In this document: one piece after another, positions 35,401-41,585 of the stretch
How the letters are laid out: each line of letters begins with the position of its first letter
Position numbering within the stretch: the stretch's first letter is position 1
NCBI GenBank assembly: GCA_016788635.1
Contig: JAEUSU010000007.1
Span: forward strand, 159,870-223,869
Length of the DNA: 64,000 nt
Direction: 5' to 3'
Source of the DNA: Flavobacteriales bacterium
GTDB lineage: Bacteria > Bacteroidota > Bacteroidia > Flavobacteriales_F > PHOS-HE28
Position numbers and translations under genes: made by a program
Notes under the pieces: generated by a model
Told to the model about the DNA's origin: nothing
What the model saw: the letters and a program-made list of their open reading frames with translations, nothing else
Database searches by the model: none

Positions 35401-37610
35401 TTCGCAATGGTGCCCACACTCATGTCCGGTAATCCCGAGGTGATGTCGAAGAACCGATCCACGTTATAGTCTCCGTCGTTCCCGCCGGTAATGGACTTCA
35501 TGAGCTTGGGCTCCAGATTCCAGGTCTCAAGACCGGCATTGTCCACGCCACCCTGGGTCACATAGATCACTTGGGGGTCGCTCTCGGCGATCGCTACCTC
35601 CTTGAGTTGTCTCTTCCACATAGGGGTGAGCGAGGGATCCTTGCTCACATCGGATTGCAACTTCCAAATATCCGTTGGTTGATCACCTGTGCTGGGTACG
35701 TCCTTGATCCGCTCATAGAGTTCGGTGAAGCACATCCAGGGACCATTCAAAGCGGGATGCTCCACAACTTGGAATGTCCTGGAAAGCATCACGACTTCTG
35801 GTGGCGCTTCGACCTCATCCACTGGTCTGTAAGGGTTCTCCTCGTGGTTGGCGTTCGCTGGGTAGTCATGGCGCTTCAGAGACCCCTGATTCACAATGAA
35901 CGCGCAGTTCCTGGAGCGTTGATCGAGAACTTGTGCACCGTAGCCATCGCCACCCCCCACGTTAGTCCATACGCGTTGTCCTCCTACCCGTCTGTGTACA
36001 TCAGTCCCCGTATCCTGGCTACCAATGATGACGACGTCTTTTTCAATCCCTGAAGTACGAAAACGCCAGATCGTCTTCACTGCCAGTCCATTGTTGCGGA
36101 ACTGCCAATCGGTGGTCTGTGCCACGCTGCCGGAGATCGTCTTTGCGCTGATCCCTCCATCATGCCCGGCGAACAATCTGGGGTTGGCCACATTGGGCTG
36201 GAACGTGAGCGCGTGAATGTCCGCATGGCAGTTATAGCCAGCGGAGACGCCATACGCTGATTCATCGGTGAACCCGGGTCCCACAGTGATATCCCTGTCA
36301 CCTTTCACTTTGGTGTACCCGAAGAAGACCATTTTGGCATCCACGGGAGACACGGCGATAGGCATCCATGTCGGGGAGATCTGATTGAGAGCATCAGGGC
36401 TGTACTCCTGTGTGTTCGAATTGAAATTGAGGGGTGTGCTTTGAGAGTGAAGCAAGGACCATGATGCCCCGTCGAAGCGATAGATTTGGCAAACCACATT
36501 ACCAGGATAATTCACATTCGATTGATCGGCACATACGAGGTAGGCATACACGTAAGCTGGCTCGGCAGGAGTAACGGCCAGATTGATGCGATCCACTTCA
36601 AAGCCGGTCAATGCGTCCAGGTCCAAACCCGTACCCGGTCCCGTCATACTCTGCCACGTCACCCCTTCATCATCCGACATGTAGATGTCCGTGCCACCGG
36701 CGTAGAGGGTGGATGCGTCGCCAGGTTTGAACTCCAGGCCGCGTATATCCAGCGAGGTCATGGCAATGCCACTGCTTGTGTTCTGCCATGTTGGATCGGG
36801 GGCCAGAGCATTCGAACATTTGTATACACCCAGTGAGGTGGCCACGTAGACCTTGTTCCCATCTGTGGGATCGGATAAGATCCTTCTGGTCGTTCCTCCA
36901 TCGTTGAAATCGCTCAGAAAGCCATCATTGATCGGATGCCATGTAGCTCCCCGGTCCAAGGACCGGTAGATCCCGATCGTATAGATCGGATTGATGAGCG
37001 CCGTATTCGACTCCCATTGAGGGAATAGTCCACCATCTGCATGGCCGGTGGAAATGAACAGATGGTCGGAGTTGAGATGGTCCACTGCTACATCCGCCAC
37101 GCAGGTCAAGGGTAAATGATCGGTGTTCACCACTGCCCAATTCGTGCCGTCGTCATCACTACGCCATAAACCGCCGAATGAGGAAGTCGCATAGACGGTG
37201 GTATTCGTGGTGCCATTGTACTGGGGGTCGAAGGTTATGCGGTGGATCTGGCCTACACCCCTTGCCCCGGTTGCCAAAGACCCCTCCGGCTGGCCCACAG
37301 GTCCGATCATCTCCCATTCAACATTTGCGTCTGGACAAGAGCCGGAAGCAGAGTGGTGAGAAATGGCGTAGGCGGTAATCGCCTGTGCCGCAACGCGAAA
37401 ATCACCATGAGGCCACAACCGGCTACCCCATTCAAATGCGGCTCTGTCGTACATTTTGGCATGACCGCTGCGCGGAACGGGATCCACGATCGGATGCAAC
37501 GCATAGTACGCACCCAAGCGGTCGTGAAATGGCATTGCGGGTGGAGTTTGGGCCTCTGCGATCAGGTTTCCGAAGCCAAACGCCAGCATGAGGATGCAGA
37601 GCTTGAGCAT
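32469..37610 (-). CDS. giant secreted protein (~1,713 aa): BNR/Asp-box beta-propeller region, parallel beta-helix region, helical region, T9SS C-terminal sorting domain
   Basis: The signal peptide is MLKLCILMLAFGFGNLIAEAQ. Repeated SxDxGxTW-type boxes are present (SDDDGTNW, SLDRGATW, SDDEGVTW, SEDGGSTW). An NNTFSNNDRGVVL...ITGNTF beta-helix signature follows. The CTD is IRAQPNPTNGRLNIV...GLYRLVLF. Confidence 0.75.
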   Translation of the reverse strand: MLKLCILMLAFGFGNLIAEAQTPPAMPFHDRLGAYYALHPIVDPVPRSGHAKMYDRAAFEWGSRLWPHGDFRVAAQAITAYAISHHSASGSCPDANVEWEMIGPVGQPEGSLATGARGVGQIHRITFDPQYNGTTNTTVYATSSFGGLWRSDDDGTNWAVVNTDHLPLTCVADVAVDHLNSDHLFISTGHADGGLFPQWESNTALINPIYTIGIYRSLDRGATWHPINDGFLSDFNDGGTTRRILSDPTDGNKVYVATSLGVYKCSNALAPDPTWQNTSSGIAMTSLDIRGLEFKPGDASTLYAGGTDIYMSDDEGVTWQSMTGPGTGLDLDALTGFEVDRINLAVTPAEPAYVYAYLVCADQSNVNYPGNVVCQIYRFDGASWSLLHSQSTPLNFNSNTQEYSPDALNQISPTWMPIAVSPVDAKMVFFGYTKVKGDRDITVGPGFTDESAYGVSAGYNCHADIHALTFQPNVANPRLFAGHDGGISAKTISGSVAQTTDWQFRNNGLAVKTIWRFRTSGIEKDVVIIGSQDTGTDVHRRVGGQRVWTNVGGGDGYGAQVLDQRSRNCAFIVNQGSLKRHDYPANANHEENPYRPVDEVEAPPEVVMLSRTFQVVEHPALNGPWMCFTELYERIKDVPSTGDQPTDIWKLQSDVSKDPSLTPMWKRQLKEVAIAESDPQVIYVTQGGVDNAGLETWNLEPKLMKSITGGNDGDYNVDRFFDITSGLPDMSVGTIAKPIITGIAVDPRNADRVWLSFTGYDPLVKVYRSEDGGSTWSNDDPLGTLADLPVNNIVYQSGTADRLYIATDAGVYFKDNAMSCWARYGDVPNIRVVELRINNCTGKLMAATFGRGVWQADLLPMTETYAHTQQIAVNTTWSGDEFVHGNLRVLGGATLTITGTAYFPKGGRLVVDPGAAVVMDGGTLTNRCEQAWWGVDVWGVAGQSQIPATNQGVLRLMNGGTIEHALVGARAFGTDAQGHFVPGTSGGIITSTTGGTFRNCGRAVWLKPYQNIHNGSEQANRCQFNNTVFTKTATAHEGAMAYSEMARLDGVSGVNFVNCTLSLDETLNAGYAKQRPAGIISLDSRFTAKGSTFHQLTIGIRASDATGLKPCWIRNNTFSNNDRGVVLTGVFNAEITGNTFTIPTGDGSWPLDASILPWPMPYGVYLNGCEGYEVEDNVFTGVNTVGNVGLLVKGSTLTPNEFYRNKFNKLYAGSIMQGNNRVIGSPQGFGLQFRCNQYGNADGSDDCFYDAAVTKSTAAVAANQGSTSIPAGNRFYPECPPGADQSDIYHNNASSSGITYFHHTDQFTTPYCSTLPPHVVLQSTTFSYQAGDGTGSSCPKHTSNEMAPAGVFLTFSGAIGPLTQLKAVYNGEVDGGDTDYLLGLVLDPGISSFTLRNALLAAAPKVTDGILIRCVQRDAAMDPWHLTEALLANSPLSPDVLLAVERSQLDESFIELVQDGQTGNIPWRRWIEAELGSLRLDAERARHDYLRLMLQDTASVPLDSLVYMMEYEDLPAAPVERLALLIARGEWTEAEAWVATPDEHGLADEEADVWSVVLALAQDPENADTLVQQAHQTLLAIAENDSLPGHATARALLARHLGLGFEEPVILPGEERSMVESLASAPKSKKGLIRAQPNPTNGRLNIVTFLPMGEFRGYVGVYNMHGVELQRSPVYSGPFISELDMGAYAPGLYRLVLFGRRGSLDGVSVTVVR

Positions 37611-37756
37611 GCTGATGGGGGGTATCAATTGAACCGACAGCCTCCACCAACCCACGCCACAGATGCCAATATAGCACTGCTCTTGGTGAATGGTAACGCT
37701 CAACCCCGCGATGCCGCCCGCTCAGCGTGGTTCAGTGACGAGTAGTGCACAAAGGC

Positions 37757-37801
37757 GCCTACTTCGCCGAGCACATGCTGCCGGAGCTGAAGAAGCCTTA
37801 G
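37757..37801 (+). repeat. direct repeat DR-R = orphan copy of the gldC 3' end (AYFAEHMLPELKKP-stop)
   Basis: gcctacttcgccgagcacatgctgccggagctgaagaagcc is followed by ttag. In the gldC frame it encodes an alternative C-terminus and a TAG stop at 37799-37801, 10 nt from the convergent engB stop. Confidence 0.85.
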
Positions 37802-37811
37802 GTCGGGCGCG

Positions 37812-38435
37812 CTACGCGGAACCCCATCCGGCATTCACCTCGGCGATGAAGGCCAGCAGTTCCTCCCGCCCTTTGCCCGTCTCCACGCTGCTCAGGAACA
37901 TCATCGGCACTTCCTTCCAGGTCTTCTTCAGCGTGCGGCGGAAAAGCGCCACGTGACTTTCCACCTTGGGCATGGAGAGCTTGTCCGTTTTGGTGAACAC
38001 GATCACGAAGGGGATGCCCTCGGTGCCGAGCCAGTGGATCATGTCCAGGTCGTTCTGCTGCGGCTCCAGCCGGCTGTCCACCAGCAGGAACACGCATTGC
38101 AGGTTCTCCCTCCCGCGCAGGTAGGCGCGGATCATGCGTTCCCACGCGGCGCGTTCGTCCTTGCTGATCTTGGCGAAGCCGTAGCCGGGCAGGTCGGCCA
38201 GCAGCCAGGGTCGCGCATCGGTGAGCGTGCCTTCCACGCGGAAGTGCTCCACGTTGCGCGTGCGGCCCGGCGTGTTGCTCACGCGCGCCAGCTTGTTCAC
38301 CCCGCAGAGCATGTTGATCAACGAGCTCTTGCCCACGTTGCTGCGGCCGATGAAGGCGTACTCGGGAAGCGTGGGCTTGGGCCAGTGCTTCGCCTCGCGT
38401 CCGCTGCCGAGGTGTTGGGCTTTGAGGGTTTTCAT
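37812..38435 (-). CDS. engB: ribosome biogenesis GTP-binding protein YihA/YsxC (EngB)
   Basis: It has G1 GRSNVGKSSLIN, G3 DLPGYG and G4 TKTDK. I chose the start at MKTLKAQ (cat 38433-38435). The longer ORF in the track only reads through the heptamer array. Confidence 0.85.
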   Translation of the reverse strand: MKTLKAQHLGSGREAKHWPKPTLPEYAFIGRSNVGKSSLINMLCGVNKLARVSNTPGRTRNVEHFRVEGTLTDARPWLLADLPGYGFAKISKDERAAWERMIRAYLRGRENLQCVFLLVDSRLEPQQNDLDMIHWLGTEGIPFVIVFTKTDKLSMPKVESHVALFRRTLKKTWKEVPMMFLSSVETGKGREELLAFIAEVNAGWGSA

Positions 38436-38438
38436 GGG

Positions 38439-38669
38439 GAGTGACGAGTGGCGAGTACAGAGTGACGAGTACAGAGTGGCGAGTACAGAGTGGCGAGTAC
38501 AGAGTGACGAGTACAGAGTGGCGAGTACAGAGTGGCGAGTGGCGAGTACAGAGTGGCGAGTACAGAGTGACGAGTACAGAGTGGGGAGTGACGAGTACAG
38601 AGTGGCGAGTACAGAGTGGCGAGTGGCGAGTACAGAGTGGCGAGTGATGAGTTGCGAGTGGCGAGTGGG
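38439..38669. repeat. array of 33 head-to-tail heptanucleotide repeats (consensus GAGTNNN on + strand)
   Basis: The split was done by hand and gives GAGTACA x12, GAGTGGC x12, GAGTGAC x5, GAGTGGG x2, GAGTGAT x1 and GAGTTGC x1. There are no register breaks. The array ends 3 nt from the engB start codon. Confidence 0.95.
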
Positions 38670-38712
38670 CCTGCACACAGGACCTACTCACCACTCGGGT
38701 CTCGCCATTCAT

Positions 38713-39480
38713 CTACTCCCCGCTCAAGGTCTTCTTCAACCACGGATCCACGATGGCGATGAACTGCTCGGGCTGTTCCATCATGGCCGCATGGCCGCAG
38801 GCCTCGATCCAGTGCAGTTCGCTGTGGGGGATGAGCTGGTGGAACTCCTCGGCCACGTGCGGCGGGGTGATGGTGTCCTGCCGGCCCCAGATGAGCAGGG
38901 TGGGCAGCTTCAATTTGGGCAGGTCCCGGGCCATGTTGTGGCGGATGGCGCTCTTGGCCAGGCTGAGGATGCGGATGAGCTTGCCCTTGTCGTTCACCGT
39001 GGCGTGGCATTCATCCACCAGTTCGTCGGTCACGTGCCGGGGGTCGTGGAAGGTGAGGGCGATGCGCTCTCGCAGGAAGGCCTTGTCCTCGCGCCGGGGG
39101 AAGCCGCCGCCGAAGGCGTTCTCGTACAGGCCGCTGCTGCCCGTGAGGATCAGCGACCGCACGCGATCGGGGTGTTTGCGGCAATAGATCAGGCTCACGT
39201 GCCCGCCCAGTGAATTGCCCAGCAGGTTCACCTGGCCGTAGCCCTTGTGCACGATGAAGCGCTTGAGGAAATCCGCCAGCGCCCCCACGTTGGTGTTGAG
39301 CAGCGGCAGGGTGTAGAGCGGTAGCATGGGCACCACCACCCGGTACTGGCGGGCGAAGTGCGCGAAGGTGACCTCGAAGTTGCTCAGCGCGCCGAACAGG
39401 CCGTGCAGGAAGATCAGCACCGGGCCGTCCCCTTCTTCCGCATAGCGGAACTCCCCTTCCTCTTTCAGTTGTGCACGCAT
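38713..39480 (-). CDS. alpha/beta-fold hydrolase
   Basis: It has the HGLFG oxyanion motif, the nucleophile elbow GNSLGGHV and a C-terminal catalytic His (CGHAAMMEQPE). The ATG at 39480 lies 13 nt downstream of a TACATTTG box. Confidence 0.75.
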   Translation of the reverse strand: MRAQLKEEGEFRYAEEGDGPVLIFLHGLFGALSNFEVTFAHFARQYRVVVPMLPLYTLPLLNTNVGALADFLKRFIVHKGYGQVNLLGNSLGGHVSLIYCRKHPDRVRSLILTGSSGLYENAFGGGFPRREDKAFLRERIALTFHDPRHVTDELVDECHATVNDKGKLIRILSLAKSAIRHNMARDLPKLKLPTLLIWGRQDTITPPHVAEEFHQLIPHSELHWIEACGHAAMMEQPEQFIAIVDPWLKKTLSGE

Positions 39481-39493
39481 GCCCCGGTGCGAC

Positions 39494-39501
39494 CAAATGT
39501 A
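39494..39501 (-). promoter_or_regulatory. Bacteroidota -7 promoter box (TACATTTG on - strand)
   Basis: This is an exact match, 13 nt upstream of the hydrolase ATG (39480). Confidence 0.45.
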
Positions 39502-39753
39502 GGGAGGTGCATCCACTGCCTTCAGCGGTGAGGGCCGCCTTTTCCGTAGCGCCGTGTTGATGGGCCTGCGGCTGCCGACCGGTCAGGCGGCTTTCAGGTC
39601 AGGGTAGGCCTCGTGGCATTGGGCGACCATGTGTTGTTCATTTCCCCCACTTCTTACCACCACCTGTTTCCCTGGTTTATTCAGTGTTTATGGACTGATC
39701 CAAGAGGATCTCGCATCTTCGCGGAGCTCGAATTATGAACAGCGAGCAAAAAA

Positions 39754-39778
39754 GTGGGAGTTCGTGGTAAAAAGTGGC
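39754..39778 (+). promoter_or_regulatory. putative MraZ operator: three direct GTGG(G/T/C) boxes with exact 10-nt phasing
   Basis: In aaaGTGGGagttcGTGGTaaaaaGTGGCc the boxes start at 39754, 39764 and 39774, which is 44-68 nt upstream of the mraZ ATG. This resembles the (G)TGGG-N5 direct repeats bound by MraZ in E. coli. Confidence 0.55.
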
Positions 39779-39821
39779 CTTTTGCGGCTACTTTCGTCCC
39801 CGTCTCGCACGCACATGCGCA

Positions 39822-40286
39822 ATGCTGAACCTGCTCGGGGAATACGACTGCCGGCTGGACGCCAAGGGGAGGGTGATGCTCCCTGCGGCGCTCAAGAAGC
39901 AGTTGGGTGGCGAGGTGCCCAAGGGCTTCGTCATGAACCGCGACGTGTTCAGGCCCTGCCTGGTGCTCTACCCCATGATCGAATGGGAGCGCACCAACCA
40001 GATGCTGCGCCGGCTGAACCGCTTCATGGAGAAGAACATGGAGTTCATCCGGCGCTTCACCTCGGGGGCCACACCCCTGGAGCTCGATGGCAACGGACGC
40101 CTGCTGCTGCCCTACGCCCTGATGGCCGACGCCCGCATGGGCAAGGACATCAAGATGGTGGGGCTGGGCGACCGCATCGAGGTCTGGAGCAAGGAGGGGT
40201 ACGACCGCATGCGCCGCGAGAAAGTGGACCTCACCGCCCTGGCCGAAGAGGTCATGGGCAGCCTGGGAAATGAGGATGGGCAGTGA
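39822..40286 (+). CDS. mraZ: transcriptional regulator MraZ
   Basis: It has duplicated DxxxR-type motifs (LDAKGRVMLP and LDGNGRLLLP) and is the first gene of the dcw cluster. Confidence 0.9.
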   Translation: MLNLLGEYDCRLDAKGRVMLPAALKKQLGGEVPKGFVMNRDVFRPCLVLYPMIEWERTNQMLRRLNRFMEKNMEFIRRFTSGATPLELDGNGRLLLPYALMADARMGKDIKMVGLGDRIEVWSKEGYDRMRREKVDLTALAEEVMGSLGNEDGQ

Positions 40287-41181
40287 GTACCACGCTCCCG
40301 TTCTTTTACATGACTGTGTCGAAGGCCTGAACATCCGCCCCGACGGCGTCTACGTGGACGTCACCTTCGGCGGCGGCGGCCACAGCCGGGCGATCCTGGA
40401 GAAGCTGGGCCCGCAAGGCGCCCTCATCGCGTTCGATCGCGATGCGGACGCCGCGGCCAATGCGCCGCAGGACCCGCGCTTCACGCTGGTGCGCTCCGAC
40501 TTCCGCTGGCTGAAGAACCAGCTGCGCTACCTGGAGCGCCTGCCCATCGACGGCCTGCTGGCCGACCTGGGCGTGAGCAGCCACCAGTTCGATACCGGTG
40601 AGCGCGGCTTCAGCTTCCGCTTCGCGGGTCCGCTGGACATGCGCATGGACCGCAGGGCACCGCGCACCGCCGCCGACCTGGTGAACACGCTGGACGAAGC
40701 GGAGCTCACGCGGCTGCTGCGCACCTACGGCGAAGTGGAGGCCCCGCACCGCGTGGCCCGCCGCCTGGTCGAAGCGCGCACCGCACGCCGCATCGCCACC
40801 ACGCAGGATCTGGTGGCCGCGCTGGAGCCCGTGACGCCGCGCCGCGACGCCAACGCCTTCCTGGCCCGCGTGTTCCAGGCGCTGCGCATCGCGGTGAACG
40901 ATGAGCTCGGCTCGCTGGAGACCCTGCTGCGCATGAGCGCACAGGTGATCCGCCCGGGAGGCCGCCTGGTGGTGATCGCCTACCACAGCCTGGAGGACCG
41001 CCTGGTGAAGAACTGGATGCGCGCGGGAAGCCTGGACGGGGTGGAGCACAAGGACCCCTTCGGCCGCAGCGACCGCCCCTTCAAGCCGCTGCACGGCAAG
41101 GCCATCATGCCCTCGACACAGGAGATCGAACAGAACCCCAGGGCACGCAGTGCCCGCTTACGCATCGCCGAACGCCTGTGA
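40270..41181 (+). CDS. rsmH: 16S rRNA (cytosine1402-N4)-methyltransferase
   Basis: It has YHAPVLL, DVTFGGGGHS and AYHSLEDRLVK. The start could equally be the ATG at 40276. Confidence 0.9.
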   Translation: MRMGSEYHAPVLLHDCVEGLNIRPDGVYVDVTFGGGGHSRAILEKLGPQGALIAFDRDADAAANAPQDPRFTLVRSDFRWLKNQLRYLERLPIDGLLADLGVSSHQFDTGERGFSFRFAGPLDMRMDRRAPRTAADLVNTLDEAELTRLLRTYGEVEAPHRVARRLVEARTARRIATTQDLVAALEPVTPRRDANAFLARVFQALRIAVNDELGSLETLLRMSAQVIRPGGRLVVIAYHSLEDRLVKNWMRAGSLDGVEHKDPFGRSDRPFKPLHGKAIMPSTQEIEQNPRARSARLRIAERL

Positions 41182-41585
41182 ACAAGTTGAGAGAGAAACC
41201 CGCCGAAGAGCAGCCGAGGAAGAAGAAGTCCTCCGGTGCCGGCCAGGTGCCCCGCGCGCTCATCGGCATCCTCAACGGCTCCTTCCTCACGCGCGAGCAC
41301 GTGCTCCGCAACATGCCCTTCATCCTGTACGTGGCGGTCCTCATGCTCTGTTACATCGCCTACGGCTACTACACCGAGCGCACCGTGCGCGAGCTGGACC
41401 GCACCAGCACCGAGCTGAAGGAGATGCGCAGCGAGTACATCACCGTGCGCAGTCACCTGGAGAAGGCCGAGCAGCAGAGCCAGGTGGCCAGCGACATCGC
41501 CGCGCTGGGCCTGCGCGAGAGCCGCGTGCCGCCGCTGCGCATCCGCGTGGACGAGGACGAACTGTCAACCCTGACCGAACGGTGA
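41178..41585 (+). CDS. ftsL: FtsL-like cell division protein
   Basis: This small bitopic protein has one TM helix (FILYVAVLMLCYIAYGYY) and a coiled-coil tail. It sits in the canonical position between rsmH and ftsI. The GTG start overlaps the rsmH stop. Confidence 0.65.
   Translation: MNKLREKPAEEQPRKKKSSGAGQVPRALIGILNGSFLTREHVLRNMPFILYVAVLMLCYIAYGYYTERTVRELDRTSTELKEMRSEYITVRSHLEKAEQQSQVASDIAALGLRESRVPPLRIRVDEDELSTLTER

Larger units (their letters stand above)
30872..37756. other. putative ~6.9-kb inserted island (cargo-only: two T9SS substrate genes), bounded by DR-L/DR-R
   Basis: It is flanked by a duplicated gene end and has patchy low GC (29-32 G+C per 60-nt line at 31741, 31861, 36001 and 36901, versus 42-47 elsewhere). 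No recombinase gene is visible. Confidence 0.55.

Noticed and set aside
38439-38669. I considered whether the repeat array could be a CRISPR array.
   Set aside because: The units are 7 nt and contiguous with no spacers, there is no palindromic 25-40 nt repeat, and there are no cas genes in the window.
37798-39213. ORFs read through the heptamer array (37798-38712 and 37812-38678 on the - strand, 38221-39213 and 38441-38647 on the + strand).
   Set aside because: They are open only because the 7-nt units contain no stop triplets in any frame. Third-codon positions in the array do not show the strong G/C bias of real genes here. The 37812-38678 frame is kept only as a low-probability alternative (an N-terminal EngB extension) in the finding.
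41150-41581. The ftsI ORF has an upstream extension (an 849-aa version starting at 41150) that overlaps rsmH and ftsL.
   Set aside because: The extension is Arg/Pro/Ala-rich junk in a frame that overlaps two supported genes. The PBP membrane anchor begins right after a GTG at 41582, which overlaps the ftsL stop.
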